Shown here one piece after another: positions 1 to 14,114 of a stretch of 60,170 nt of DNA. Numbering within the stretch: the stretch's first letter is position 1; each line of letters begins with the position of its first letter. The position numbers and the translations under genes are program-made. Source of the DNA: Octopus bimaculoides (lineage: Eukaryota); the NCBI RefSeq assembly GCF_001194135.2, contig NC_068982.1, positions 179,163,015 through 179,223,184 of the forward strand. Reading direction: 5' to 3'. Below the pieces are notes generated by a model, which did no database searches, was not told where the DNA came from, and was given only the letters and a program-made list of their open reading frames with translations.

Positions 1-83
1 GTGTGTGTGTGTGTGAGTGTATGTGTTTGTCTGTCTGTCTGTCTGTCTGTATGTATGTATGTATGTATGTATGTGTGTGTGTG
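1..83. repeat. Compound microsatellite (GT)n/(GTCT)n/(GTAT)n
   Basis: Read directly from the sequence. Confidence 0.95.
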
Positions 84-85
84 TA

Positions 86-1331
86 TTGTGTCATCCCATA
101 AATAATGCAGTTTTTTTTTTTCAATTGCATGACCTGAAAGTCGGAGGGAAACGGGATGAACTACTTGTATCAATTTTCTATAAAACTAGGTTGTAATTTT
201 ACCTTGTATTTATTCCTAGTGCAAGTTTTGATGAGTGCAGTTCGATTTAAGCAGTTATATTTTCAAAGCTAAATTGGAAGAGGCAAAGGAGCATATTTGG
301 CATATTTTGTTTTATGAGCTTAATAAAGGCAACAATGCGGTATATGGGGATCGGAAAACAAACGTCAGCCAGTGTCAATGATGGTTCCATAAATTCAGAG
401 CTGGAAACTACAGCCTAGAAGACGAGGCTCGTCCTGGAAGATCCGTAGAGTTCGACAAGGACGTCCTCCAAACCATGGTGGGACAAAATCCCATCTTAAC
501 TATTCAGGAACTTGCAGATAAGCTTCGATTTGATCCTTCCACCATTCATACCTGCGTGAAATCTGAAAAGTCAACGAATTGGGTCAATAGATTCCTCACA
601 AATTTTCCGAGGCTAATCGCGCGCAGAGAGTGAATGTGTGCCCTTCTTTGCTGTCGTGTTTCACGAATGAACCTTTTCTCAACCGAATAGTGACTGGTGA
701 GGAGAAATGGGTTCTCTATAAAAATGTCAAGCGCTGGAGACAGTGGATAGGGAAAGGTGAACCACTGGCACCCCAGGCTAAAGAAGGTCCTTCACCCACG
801 CAAGGCGTTCTTATCTGTTTGGTGGGATATGAAAGGTTTATTCTACTTTGAACTTTTAAACCTAAATCAAACGATAACAAAGGAGATCTATTGGAAGCAG
901 CTTGAGTGGCTTAAGTCAGTGCTACAAGAGAAATGACTAACTATGATTTCAAGACGAGAGGTGTTCTTCCATCAGGATAATGCTCGGCCACATACAGCGA
1001 GGATGACATTCCAAAGGCTGGAGCAGTTTGAATGGGAAACGATGCCTCACCCACCATCTTCGTCAGACATTGCCCCATTTCATTATCATTTATTCTGAAG
1101 TCTTCATTTGGACGGAAAAAATATGAATTCTGTAGACGATGTCAGAACAATACTGGAGGAGTATTTTTCGTGACGGACAAGTGATTTTTCAAAGAGGGAT
1201 CTTGCAAGTCTACGAGATAGATGGAAGAGCATAGTAGAAAATGAAGAATATATTTGAGACAAAAAAATTAATTCCTTTATCTTTGAAAAATAAAAGTATA
1301 AACTAAACGCATTATTTATGGGATGACCCTA
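86..1331 (+). mobile_element. Mariner (DD34D) DNA transposon, full length, decayed (mariner-1)
   Basis: Imperfect TIRs: left TTGTGTCATCCCATAAATAATGC (86-108); right, reverse-complemented, TAGGGTCATCCCATAAATAATGC (ends at 1331). TA on both flanks (84-85, 1332-1333). Length about 1.25 kb, with mariner transposase motifs inside. Confidence 0.93.
274..1257 (+). pseudogene. Mariner transposase pseudogene
   Basis: Fragments EEAKEHIWHILFYE, IVTGEEKWVLY (first catalytic D>E), FHQDNARPH and PHPPSSSDIAPFHYHLF (YSPDLAPSDY motif, third D>H). Multiple stops and frameshifts. Confidence 0.92.
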
Positions 1332-1436
1332 TATATATATATATATATATNNNNNNNNNNNNNNNNNNNNNNNNNNNNNNNNNNNNNNNNNNNNNNNNNN
1401 NNNNNNNNNNNNNNNNNNNNNNNNNNNNNNNNNNNN

Positions 1437-1498
<62 letters not shown>
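1332..1498. repeat. (TA)n - N gap - (GT)n
   Basis: Read directly from the sequence. Confidence 0.9.
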
Positions 1499-1744
1499 TT
1501 GAATCATACTTAATGCAAATACATCGCGAAAAGGTTTGTTTACATTGCAGGATTTCTCAGGAGAAAATATCTCTTATGGGTGTACTATTGTTAAAAACAC
1601 AAGAATATCAATAGCAGACAAAATTAGTTCAGTAACGCGGTAAAAATGATAGATGCGTATTTCTACTTCGTTGAGTATTCACATTAAGCATGATACACAG
1701 ATAGCTACTATTAATCTAATAGTGCTTCTGTTGTTCATAATGGG

Positions 1745-1945
1745 CACACACGCACACACACACCGATACAGACACACACACGTGCGCGCCCACACACAGA
1801 CACAGACACAGACACACACAAATGCGTGTGTAGACACACACGCACACATACACACGCGCACGCGCGAAGGCACACACACACAAACACACAGTCAAACATG
1901 CATACACACATACGCACGCATACACGCACACAGACATACACATAT
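1745..1945. repeat. Degenerate (CA)n-rich compound microsatellite
   Basis: Read directly; it explains the His/Thr and Val/Cys ORFs in this stretch. Confidence 0.9.
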
Positions 1946-1952
1946 CTGTTAA

Positions 1953-2122
1953 GGCTATATTGCAAAAAAGGTCGCTTCGCAACCATGTGATTTCGGGTTT
2001 AGCCGTAACGCGTTGCATGTCGAGGAAGTGTTATGGCCTACCACCTTGAACTGATCAGTGTCTACCATCTGAAATTGGTAAACGGAAATTGTACAAAAAC
2101 CCGCCCACCATAGTATGTGTGT
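1953..2122 (+). mobile_element. Degenerate tRNA-derived SINE, family A (5' half)
   Basis: Loosely colinear with the head of the family-A copy at 39355-39707 (GGCT..TG..AAG..GCTT..CAACCA..TG..TTC.GG.TT.AG), followed by a GT-rich tract. Confidence 0.55.
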
Positions 2123-4544
2123 GTTGCTTGCGTATGGTTGTATTTTCGATATGTTTGACTCGATGACATGACAGTCCTCACCTTGAGATCGTTTGAAAAA
2201 TGATTCTTTATCCTGTAAATTAAAGTTTCAGTAAGACAATTACCGGCCTTAACAATAGGTCGGTATAATCGATTGAAGCCTCTAAATGCCGTGATTCGGC
2301 ATGTGCTATAAATGAAGCAAGGAAACGAGCACGCTTCCCTTTGTCTCCCTTTCATTCTCTTCCTAACAAAAAGATTGAAATAAACACCCAGCAATAATGT
2401 ATGCCTTCACGTCAATACAGTTGAATCTCCCCAACTATTACTTGCTTCATAAAAATGTTTTATAACAAACAGTCACGTGAAACGAATTTCTCTACAAGTT
2501 CTATAAATTCAAATTTCATTTTATAATCAATTAAGGCATCTTTATAATGACACCGAATTTATGAGAGAAATATTCTCCCAAAATCTTTTAGTTCCGCAAG
2601 AAAATTCATATTTCAAAAGTGATTAATCTTAATATACTTTCAACAACTAAAATGTTAACAAATAATTTTCTTTCGTTTCTGATATTGTTAGATGATTTGG
2701 TAGTAACTATTCCATCAATTATACACCTTAAAACTATTGTATCTATACACGAAACATGATAAATCACTTAAAGAATGAGTCATTCTATTTTCAGAACTTA
2801 AAGGAATTCTATATATGAATACATATAAAAATTCATAATACTTTCATACAATATTCCGGTTATATTTTCCTTATTTCAAAATCATCTCGCAATAATTAAA
2901 AATTCTTTTTCAGTCTTTCTTTTGATATATTTTTTTCTTCCGTTATATTATACTGGTCTCTTTATATTTAAATATATTTAACATTTTTCAGTTTAAATTT
3001 TTCTTGTGTTTGTCTCTATTCTATAGACAACTCTGAAAATTTATTTTTCACAGTTACATGCAATTTCTGATTGTTGAAAATTCAAGATCATTTAATTATA
3101 CAGGTTTCCCAAACTTTTCATTAAATGAACAATGATATCTCAGATCACCGGAACAATTATTTCATTTTCGTTGAAAATTATTTTTTCTTTGATCAAGTTT
3201 CTCTACAATTCCAGTAATTTTGATTCATTATGAATGATAATTTGTTTCTGCTGTTTCTTTCTCAGCAATGACATCAAAGCGTCTGTTTATAAGGCTTCAC
3301 TATAGAAACGAAAATAATCAACATTCTCGATATAAAATCGTTACTATAAAATAGATTAAATTACCCCACCCTTTAAAAAGAATTTGACTTTTTATACAAG
3401 ATTTAGAAATTTTAATCCGGCAATTACAACATTAGAGCATCTGTTTCTTTTGTTTCAGAATTTTAATCAATCACGTCATTGTATGAATTCAATAGCACAG
3501 TATTTTGTATTCTACTGCAGCTCACAATTCTAGTATGAAATACTGCTGCTATATAATTCACACATCTTACAAGCAATTGATGTACTATCAGAAGCAAGAC
3601 AGGTTTATTTTTTCAATAAATTATATCAGTAAATAATACCCATAAATTTAACGCATGAAATTTGATTCATTTTTCAATAATTTTATTGACATCGTTTTTG
3701 TTGTTTTACTCTGCATCTACTGAATCTATTCTTTGAAATAAAAGTCAACGGGAAAAATATATTCCTTTGTTCATGGATACTATTTCTGTTTTGTTTTTTT
3801 CTTTAGTCAGGAAAGGTATATAGCCGATGGTCTATCCTGGTCCACCGTAGACTTGAGAGAGCAAATGTGATTAAAATTCTTATATACGTATTTTATACAC
3901 TCCTGTGGATACGACGTGATTTGAACTTACAATGGATATAATAATGGATGATTAAATACGTTAACTGGCCCTAACGCAAGTGTATATTTATACTCTGAGA
4001 AATATTGTAGAAATATAAATGAAGAAATTAATAAGTCTTTAAGTGGGCAAAATACAACCTCCCCTACTAACTATCATTTTATTTCCTTTACTTCAAAATA
4101 TCATTCATTCTGTTATCAGCGCATTTTTAGCGCATCTTCCTTATGCCGATCGCTTTGCGTTTTCGAAATTGGACTATATATGCAATATTAAAATAATAAA
4201 TAAAGCCAAAAATTACAATAAAGTAATAAAATAAAGAACATTGGGCTTTTAGATGACAAAATTGATCACTGGCAAATTGTACACTCAATCAATGGTAAAT
4301 AAAAGATTTGGTCGCAGAAAATTGACTGATCTAAAGACAGAATATTGGTGGATTTGGTCGTACATAAATGGTAGATCCAGCCGCAGACGAGTGGCGGATT
4401 TCGATTTCATCGCAGTTAATTTTAAGGTGCTAAACTGAGCAAAAGTAAAACAAAATAACAAGGTAATAGACTTCAAACACAGGTTTCAAGAGAAAGTGAC
4501 TTATCCTTGTGTGTGTTTATATACACATGTGAGTGTCATCGTGA

Positions 4545-5810
4545 TTGGGACCACTTCTGTCCGAGTTCGGTTCATCCGGCGCCTCTATTAAACTTGGAGT
4601 GGCCTCAGAAGGCCGAGGTGAGAATGGAACAGGCTCAGGCTTTGATCACATGGCAGAGCGGGTGGTGGTCTTGACTGGAGTTGCTGGGCCCTTGCGTTCT
4701 TTCTTTAGGCTTCTTCTCCAGTCTTTCTCTTCTCCCCGGAAGTGGAACAGCCGAAATGAACTGCTCTTCGCCTGGATGGACGGTCGTCGGCTTCTGTTTC
4801 CCAGGTGTTAGGGCTGATTCCGGCTTGAAGGAAGGAAGACTTTAGTTGGTCTTTGATTCTACGTTTTGGGGCTCCTCCCTGTCAACGAGCTCGCTGTAGA
4901 AAATGGTCCGCCGGTATCTTAAAGAGGCCATTCGGATGACATGTCCTGACAACCTGAGGCGATGTTTGAGGATGGCAGCTTCAATGCTCGGCATTTCTGA
5001 GCGGTTGAGGACTTCCTTGACGGTACGTCGGTTCTGCCATTTGATGTTGAGAATTTACAGAAGCTTGCCTTGTTGAAAATGCTCAAGCTTTTACGGATCT
5101 TTTCGATACAGGGTACATGCCTCGCAGATGACAACGGTTTTTTTCGTAGGGAGAGCCTGTGGTTGTTGCATACACTGAGTCTTCCGGAGTGGATTTGATG
5201 CAGTGATCGATGTTTCTTTCGCATCTTCAATTTTGTGAGAGAGTGCTGTCGAGTTATTGAAAGTTGTTGACAACTTCAAAAGGCGTGTCCCCTACGTTGA
5301 CGATAACGTCTGCGCAAATATCTTCGTTTTGTCTGCATTCACTTGACCCCCAAAGCAATAGTACGCTTCAGAGACAAGAGTGACAAGAGTCGAACGGTGC
5401 TGGAGATCGGCAAGGGAGGAGGTAGTAGTAGTAGTATTGTCGTCTGCGTACAGAAGCTCCTTGATGCTATTAGTCGATGTTCGAGTTTTCGATCTCAGAT
5501 GTGAAGGTTAAACAGTCCGCTAAACAGGCGATGGCAGATGTTTACACCAAGAGGGATCTCGTTGGGCATCTCCGCCAGGTAGATAGATAACAGGGTTGGA
5601 GCCAGGACACAACCTTGTTTCAGGCCTTCAGTAATGGGGAATGGTTTAAACAGTACATTCTGCGTGAAAACGTATCCTACCATGCCGTTATACAGCACGA
5701 TGATAAGGTCGACAAAGTGAGCGGGCAACAAAAGCGACGCAGTACAGACCATATCGCTGGTCAGGGAACTTTGTCGAAGGCTTTGCGAGGGTCCCAGAAG
5801 ACGAAGAATG
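4545..5810 (-). mobile_element. RTE-clade LINE, 3' part (RT plus C-terminus), decayed
   Basis: Minus-strand GLKQGCVLAPTLLSIYL, ELLYADD (5459-5439), LKHRLRLSGHVIRM and RRIKDQLKSS..WETEADDRPSRR, with many frameshifts. Confidence 0.88.
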
Positions 5811-6111
5811 CACATAAATAGGTATATGTATATACACACACACACTACTGGATAGCGTTGATCCACTTGAGTTCCACTATACTTCGAATGTACTTTTTTT
5901 ATCCCAGACATCTTATTAAAGGTTGGTGGGTTTATCGCTTTAGTCCCTAACGGCCTGATGATAATTAGGTTGTACGGATTTATACAGTTAACAACAGCAG
6001 ATATTTGGTCATCCTATTTGTGGCTAGGTACACGCACACACGCACGCATACATACACACACATGCATGCAAGCACGCACATGCACATATAGACAAATAGG
6101 TCTCTTGCAGC

Positions 6112-6500
6112 TAACTATTGCTTAACCTCACTCATCTCCAATATTTCCAAAGTGTTTGAAGAAATGCTAAGGTCAAGGCTGGGTGGTTTACTGGAGAGTA
6201 ATAATGCCCCAACCTCTAAGCAGCATGGCGTTCGATGCAGCAGAGACTGCCTAAAACAGCTTTTGCATCACCTTGATGAGATTATTAAAGTTTTGGGAAC
6301 AGGCTCAAACACTGATAATGCCTATCTTCAATTTTAGTAAGGCCTTTGAGAGAGTTGACCATAATATTCTACAGTTAAAATTGACCAGTATTGGAATCCG
6401 GAATAAACTATTGCACTGGATCAACTATTTTCTAGTGACCAGAACCTAATTACTTCTGATTGGTGGAATCCAGTCAAGTTCAGCAAATGTCACTAGCAGA
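6112..6500 (+). mobile_element. CR1/Jockey-group LINE RT fragment
   Basis: NYCLTSLISNISKVFEEM..KQHGVR..CLKQLL..YL/(D)FSKAFERVDHNIL..KL..GI..LLHWI..FL, matching RT subdomains 1-3. Confidence 0.82.
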
Positions 6501-8243
6501 TCGAAAACACTCCCTTCGGACTGAAGTGGGCTCAAGCATGATGAAGCGCAGCAAAATAAAAGTATTCACTTATTACTCCAAGTTTCAAATTCAAAAGAAT
6601 ATCGAGCAAAATTCCTGAATTATCTAGTTGTTATAAGTCAATGCTGTAAAATGGGGGAAACTTGTTAATTGAATTAAATGGACCAAAGGTTCTTATCAGT
6701 TTATATATATCTGGCATTTGAAAAATAGAAACATAGCAGTGCCAGTTCAGTTACACAAAATAACTTTATTCTGAACGCTATAAACATGGTAATCTTGTTA
6801 TAAACTTACATGTACAAATGATGCAAAAGATTTTGCAATTCTCGTTTCTTTTCATTTTCAAATTAATTGTAAATATCACAACATGCTAAAGGTAAACTGT
6901 TCCTACTATAAATTTATTGTAAGATTATACTAAGTAATATTTCTTTACGTAAGGGGAAATTAGAGTGGACTCTAAATTACATTTTATCTGTACAGTAAGA
7001 AATATAAAGACACTCTTTAAACCAACGAGAAGTACATCATCTGAAGATAATGGAGATATATGTTTATTAATATTAGGGATGAAATTTGTAGAATAATGTG
7101 CAGGAGATTGGATATCTATGATATTTCGTTATGTCCTGTGAGGCAGCCATGGATTAATATAAAGGATTAATGTATTAAGACAACCATACAAGTACAAGAA
7201 CAACCTCTCTTCTACGCAGTTTACTTCAATCAAATTAATCTCACAAGGCTTTCACTGATTCGACACAGCTGCAGAAGAAATATATATCGAAGACGCAGTA
7301 CAGTAAATCCAAAATGAACACTGCGTAGTAGTACTTGTATTTATACTTGCGGCGGCATTCACCCTGGGTGGGTTAAGCCTGCTTCAACCACCGAGTTCAC
7401 ACCATCTCTCGCGAATTGTGACAACATCTGACTGTCGCCCCTAAAGTTCCAACAGGTAAAGTAGTGCTTCTGATGGGGGTCCAAAAATTCAGCTTGAATA
7501 TTTAATAAATGCTCCACTGAGAGAGCAAGTGCATCGGTTAGCCGCGGACGCCTTGACCGTAGTTGTCATTCGTTGTTGAGATATAGAGTACATGTTCATA
7601 GTTTCAGTGGGACGTTCAAGTTCACAGGTGGGCTCCAGTCACATCCATACACTCTTTGGGATAATGTGATTCGTAGCAGCTCATTTTTCCGTCAATTGTC
7701 GACCGTCGTCGAGGATTCGCTTATCAAGTCACCGTCGATAATCAGAGCAGACGTAACCTGGATTTGAATCGGGTAGCACACATACTAGTTAATCCGTAGT
7801 TGGGACCCTAACAGGTGCTACAAGTGCGGGTCAGAACAGACCTGGAAACAATAGTGGCTAATAAGTCGTTCCACTCTCCTCAAAACCCGGAAACCCACGT
7901 ACCAAGACCCTGCTACTGGATGATGTAGTTTAAAGCCTTGCCCAGAACACACTGCGTAGTTGCTAACTTGTAAACTACACAGTTATGTTTACGTGTAACT
8001 GCATTTATGATGGAAATTAAGAGTACTAATAAATATAACTAGCTTCTAGCTAAGTATCAAAGTCATTTAGCGTACACAAAATGTCGTAAAGAGATGTTAA
8101 AGAAAAGGCAACGCTTTGGTAGCATCTATATTTCCACCCAATGAATTCGTAGCTTAATGGCAAAAATGTAATCAGAATTCAATGAAGAAAATCCTAGGAA
8201 ATTCCTATAACTATTCTAATATCCCCGAAATGAGATTTAATAT

Positions 8244-8418
8244 TGTTGTGCCGACGCTCCCAAGCGAAGAAGTAGTCTCGACCAAGACATATAAATAGAG
8301 GTAGTCTGACCGTGGTAGGGAGTGGTGCCAGTGTGGACTGGCTGTTGAGTAGCAGATGTGTAGCGGTTGAGTAGAGATCATCTGAAGGTGCTAGATAGCA
8401 GTAGCTTGAGACATAACA
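8244..8418. mobile_element. Solo LTR (175 bp) with 5-bp TSD
   Basis: Starts TGTTGTG and ends CATAACA (TG...CA, 6/7 terminal inverted match). Flanked by identical AATAT (8239-8243 and 8419-8423). Internal TATAAATA. Confidence 0.75.
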
Positions 8419-9519
8419 AATATGTTGTTATTTTTAAATATATCACAACATAAAGGTATGTTCCACACTTATTCTATTTTCTCTCTTGAAAACAAAATGT
8501 AATCGATCCCACCAGTACGGGCTAGTTCTATTAATAAGATCCCATATGAAATTATCGTTTTTCCTTTCAAATAAATGCGGTATGTACGAGGTGAAAAACT
8601 AAGTTACTCAAATTTTCTTCTGTAATGCGAAAGCTGTCGACACTTAGAACTCATTATTTCATATATATGGAATCCAAGCCACTCTACATATATACTTGAA
8701 GTTTTTAAATTGATGTGGAATCGATTTTTATTAATGTTAAGGGCATAATCGGAATGTTGCAGTTTTGAATACATCTATTATCTTACATTTCCTATCAGGC
8801 TACTTTACTACGTAATAGCTTAAATAATATTTCAATTCTTAGTGTTTGTAAAAGACATCACAGAAAGCTATATACGTGTAGTCTATTCTCAGTCTTTTCC
8901 TTTATTAAATAAGTTAATTCCACCTGAAGGCAGATTTATTTTCACCGATTTATTACCTGTGGCACAAAGTATGTACAATACACTATTTTAAGAGAAATTC
9001 TATATTCTAAGACACCCGAGGCAAGTATTGACAAGAATATTATGTAGTATTATAGTATTTTTTTATTTTTCATCACGATTGCTTCAATCTACAATCTACT
9101 GCCCGTTAACAGTGACTATTGAAGATATTAAAGTTTTGCTAGTTACGTGTTTATATCTAAGTTTATATCTAAGATGAGTTTGTTTAACCATTTATATTTC
9201 CAGCTGTTAAATTAAATGTTAGTATGTATGAACGCTATACATATGTGGACGTTACAGCAATTAACTTATTGCATATGTTAAAGTCCTATTAAAAACTCAG
9301 AATATTACCTATATATTAGTTATTTGATATGTTATAAAACTGAACATTCTTGTTAGCTACAATTCATGAATGAGTCTAGAAGAGCAAAATTACATCAGAA
9401 TGCACAGGAAAAATATGTTTTCTCGATAGAGGAAATGTTTCTGTAAGTTGATAACGTCGCATCGCTATGCCTGTACGTGTATCTAATGTTTAACGTCCTT
9501 GTAACATTCTTAATATTTT

Positions 9520-9575
9520 GCTTGTGCTTGTGTGCGTGTAGGTGTGTGTGTGTGCGTGTGTTTGTGTGTGTGTGT

Positions 9576-9665
<90 letters not shown>
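9520..9665. repeat. (GT)n(GA)n microsatellite
   Basis: Read directly from the sequence. Confidence 0.95.
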
Positions 9666-9669
<4 letters not shown>

Positions 9670-12600
9670 ACAAAAAGAAATTGTTATTGAAATGACTCCA
9701 GACAATTGAGATCAGAATCATTGCGACTTGATGTTAAAGAAAATTGATCGAGATAACTTTTAAACACAATAGTGAAATAAATAAGTAAGTAAATACTGAA
9801 AATTTGGAAGTTACAGCGAAGCAATAGCTCAGTATGTATGTTGAGTTAATGGTTAATTTTAAAACTTTCCTTTCGACACAAATTAAAGCGGAAAATTATT
9901 TGTTTTTGTACCAGAAAAATGCAGTTATTAACTTCTGAAACTAAATTCTATGCCCGAGGCAAGATGGAACATAAAAGTGGGCTTAATTAACAATAACAGA
10001 TAATGCATTTTGCTGAATATTTTCGAGAGTACATGTAAAAAAAAAACATGTCATTGTAGATTTTAGCCTGTTACTACATTTCAAAATTAAATATAATGTC
10101 ATTTCGATTTACACAATTGAAACAGCTTTCACTGAGATTTTCTAGTACGCGTTGATTGTTTTATTCACTGTTTCCTATGTATTGAGAGAAAGATTTCATT
10201 TCAGCAGGTGGCAATTAGGTGCACGGCATTGGGAAACTTCAAGAAAGGCAAAAAGCGTTTGTTGTTCTCGAGAGTGACTGCAGTGACGATATTTGTCTCG
10301 TTCCGATGAATAATATTGTACTTTTAACACAAAAAGTCTATGAGGAAATTTTATCTCAGATATTTCTACCGCTTCATGCCTTCTATCAGTGTATATACAT
10401 TTATTACTATACATAGACTGCGATAAAATTATTTCCCCGCAAAATGGGAAAGCCAACTTTTCTGATACAAAGTTAATTAGTTTGAATAATTCAATTACAG
10501 AAAAGATCAAACTCTATGGAGAACCATTGATTGGTAAAGCGCTCAACGTTACTTAGAAGCTGTTAGGAATAATGTGGAATACAGAAAGTATATGGATTTT
10601 CCGTGGCTTTCGAGTGTCAGTAACATTCATCAGTCTCTGATTGAACCGGGTCTCTTCACTGAAGTATACATATATACATCCTCTCGCCGTTGCTTAAAAC
10701 GCAGAAGGAATTCATAATTTTGTTAGAAGTGATTGAAAGTAGACAAATTCAGGATATTGTATTTACATGAAAACTACTTCCCTTATTTCCCATCGGAAAT
10801 CCTTTAAGAGAGTGGAGTAAGAACTTTTGCTAATTTTAAGAATCAAAGCGAGTAACATTACGGATTTCAATGAGAAGCGAAAATGAAATAGTTTAACATT
10901 CCAAACATGTCAATCCTTTGTGCTATTTACAAAATAAAAGTTATAAATGCCATATGAGACCTCGTGCTGTGATACTATTCTTTAATGGTTTTTGTATCTG
11001 ACAGCTTTAGAATTCTCCTGCAAGTACACATTAAAACTGAGAGAAAGCCAACACGTTACATTTGATATATCTGTCAGATGTTCACAGCAACGAGAGCAGC
11101 TTTGAATTAACGATTTTAAACAATCTCTCGGAAGTATGAAACAACTGCAAACTTTAACATTCTATGATAGTCAACTGAAAATGACTTGTATAAACTAAAG
11201 CAATTATTTGCGTTCTCAATGGAGATACATTCCAAACGTTTTAAAAGTTACCAAAACATAAATAAGAATAAACGACAATCAAAAGAAATGCTAAAATCTT
11301 GTAAACAGCATTTGCAGGAAGGGCTTTTATCCTCACTGGGATGCACTACACTAATGTTGAAGATGCGTTGGGAGACCCGTTATAGTTTATACGATTAATG
11401 GTTGACTACAAAAACTTGCCTGCATAAGAAACAATTATAGCTTTGAAACAGTTTAGCGCAAAATCCTTATGAATTAATTTTGGCATTTAGAAACCACACA
11501 AATCACATAGCTTTAGTAAAATCTATAGAACCACATCTCTGTAAGCACTCATTACTTTCTAAATGCTTTAACTCTAGTATTTTTTAAAACAATGAACACT
11601 TGCTGAAACTCGTGTGACTCTAGTTGTTATTTCACCTACTTTCTGTTGTGTTTCTGGTCTTTGTTGTTCGGGTAAGGTTGTTCCTGGATAAGCATATTTA
11701 CGACCGAAGTTATTCGAGCCTTGATCAGCGGCTCTTTTTGCATATAGAGGGTTACATTTTCTCATGTATCTTCGGTTAGGATTGTAGGATTTGATTTAAG
11801 ATAGATTTTGCTGCTATGTATAGCAATTCCTGTAATCTTCATCAATTCAGTTAACGTTGAAGATTTTATTTTAAGTGCAGATTATTCTGTTAGAGGTTAT
11901 CTGTATCCACTTGTTGGCAGACATGCAAAATCGCGTATGTGAATCTCTTTTTTAAGGCTGGAGTGTCTGCTGTTATTTCAAGGATTTTTAAACTCCATGA
12001 AGGAAAAATGCGGAAATGTTGAAAAAAATGGAAGATAAATCGTGAAGGAAATCATATAAATATGTATACAAGCACATATATGCTTGCTACTTTGTGTATG
12101 GCTACATATATGTTTTCAGTCGCACACATCTTTAAATTCATTCCACATATATAATGTTGAGTGAAGAATTAATGGCATAGCTTTAAAAAATGAAATCGGA
12201 AGTATTTTGTTAAAAATTTATTCAACGATTCAGAATGATTGATTAAAATCTTAACTAAATGAAATCTTAATTTACTTCAGAAACGCTACGCTGAGGCACG
12301 CATATAAATAGCTGTTATTATCAAGATGCAAGGAGAGCCATGGTTAGTGTTAATTCATTCCCAAGAGAATACAACCTGTGCGTTTGCATGCAAGTTATAA
12401 TGATGCACTCATCTAATATTAATGAAGAATGAATACCATTAAAAAAACTGAGATGTAAGTATTTAAAGTGTATCATGGGTTTTCTAACTCCAAAATATGC
12501 GATTTCGAAATACAACTACATCACTCATGAACCTTTCTTATCATTTCGGAATCAATAAATAAAAATGATTTCTTCCAAGCTAAAGGGTATCTCTATCAAT

Positions 12601-13954
12601 CTTGATTGTTTTTTACATTTTATACCGAAGTACGGAACTTCTAATCAAACATTTCAGAAAGGAAACATTGTAATATAAAGAAATGAAATACCGACAAAAT
12701 TTATGGGGTGTCACTTGCTTCTGCTTCGCTGTTATTAGTGAGAAAAAGTGTTACATTGTATAGTGATATTAAAGTATCACGTATGGATGAGGTTTTAGTC
12801 TATTTTTAGCAGATCACAATTTTGTTCATTCACTGAGTGCATCATGAATTGAATGAAAAAGAACAATTTTATCTCGTTGATTAATCGATATGAAAGCAAT
12901 ATCATTGCTAGTGCTACAATTTTCTGACTGGTGACCTCCATTGGTGACCTACACTGAAAAGAATCATCGGAAAGCAATAACAAGTGCTACATTTTTGTTG
13001 AACACATTCATGTTCTATCGTCAGCATTTTAAAAATGACCCTTTTATCTTAATAGTATCTGCAAGCACTTACCTGGCTGTCTTCCAAAACCAAAAGCTCG
13101 TTATATGGAAAGCTGCGTACTATTATAAGATAAAGTAGTTTCTTTTAAACTTCTCATGGAAACATCCAAGAGGTCAATTGCAGTGAAAAGAAATTAATCA
13201 ATTTCGTTTATATGTTGTAGTTTGGTTAACAGAAATCGATAGCAGGTTGTAAGAAGAATGAGCTGCAGTTGGAGCATTAATTCATACCAAGTGCATCAAC
13301 TGCACCAACCTTTCTATAAAAGGCATGTAATTTATTAAAATCTATTTCGCACTTGACATTGAACTTGGCGAGATTAAATTTGTCTATCTTTAAATGTGTT
13401 GATTGCTGGAAAGTAAAAGATCCTCAACCTTCCTGTTTAAATTATATACTTAACATAATTAAACACAGGTTTTAAGCGAGGTTTATAACACTTTCTTTTG
13501 TGGAAAATAAAAAATTTCTTTTACATTAAGATTTGAAAATTAATATTTGTTCCTTTGTAAAGATGTAACGTTAATAATTTGTTTTGTTGTTATTGTAATA
13601 TATGCTTTTTGATTAGTATATGAAAGTACTTGTTGATATCTTATCGTTTCAATTGTTATGCAATTAATAATAATCATGAGATAAACTTTACTTGGCATCC
13701 TAAGTTTATTTCCTGCACAAAAGATCGATATACCTAGTCACAGTTAAGAGGAGAAAGATGTGGAGAAGAAAGAGAACAATTTCTTTCAAGTTACAAATAT
13801 TACCTTATCAAGTTCAGCATCACAAGGTTGCTGGTAACAGCATTAAACTACATTCTTTTTTCACCCAGAATAACTTTCACTAATCAGCCAGTGCTGTATA
13901 AATCCCGAATAGCTAGATCTACTAAAATAGAGTTTTCTATTTTGAATACTATGG

Positions 13955-14100
13955 GTAGGCGTGTAACCATGTTGTTCGGAGACTAAGATCATGATCATAC
14001 GGTCGTTGGTTCAATTCCTAGGAAATGCCTTGTATCCTTGAGCTTGGCACTTCATTTCACATTATTCAAGTTTAATCAGCTTAAATAACTACCAGCTGGG
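13955..14100 (+). mobile_element. Degenerate tRNA-derived SINE fragment (CORE-like)
   Basis: B-box-like GGTTCAATTCC followed by CCTTGAGCTTGGCACTTCATTTCAC, resembling a CORE domain. Confidence 0.5.
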
Positions 14101-14114
14101 TACTAAGACAGTTA

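Noticed and set aside
2450-3750. Possible hAT transposase relic on the minus strand
   Set aside because: Resemblance limited to scattered residues; no TIR or TSD found.
10595-10640. Minus-strand CTGATGA...GAAA (fifth hammerhead?)
   Set aside because: No stem II closing next to both core segments, and no stem III or NUH site. Other CTGATGA hits (near 5955, 18400, 42183, 59583) lack a paired stem plus GAAA.
11570-11950. Possible sixth R4/Dong N-terminal relic on the minus strand (LQELLYIAAKS)
   Set aside because: Only one short, weak motif amid many stops; not supportable by eye.
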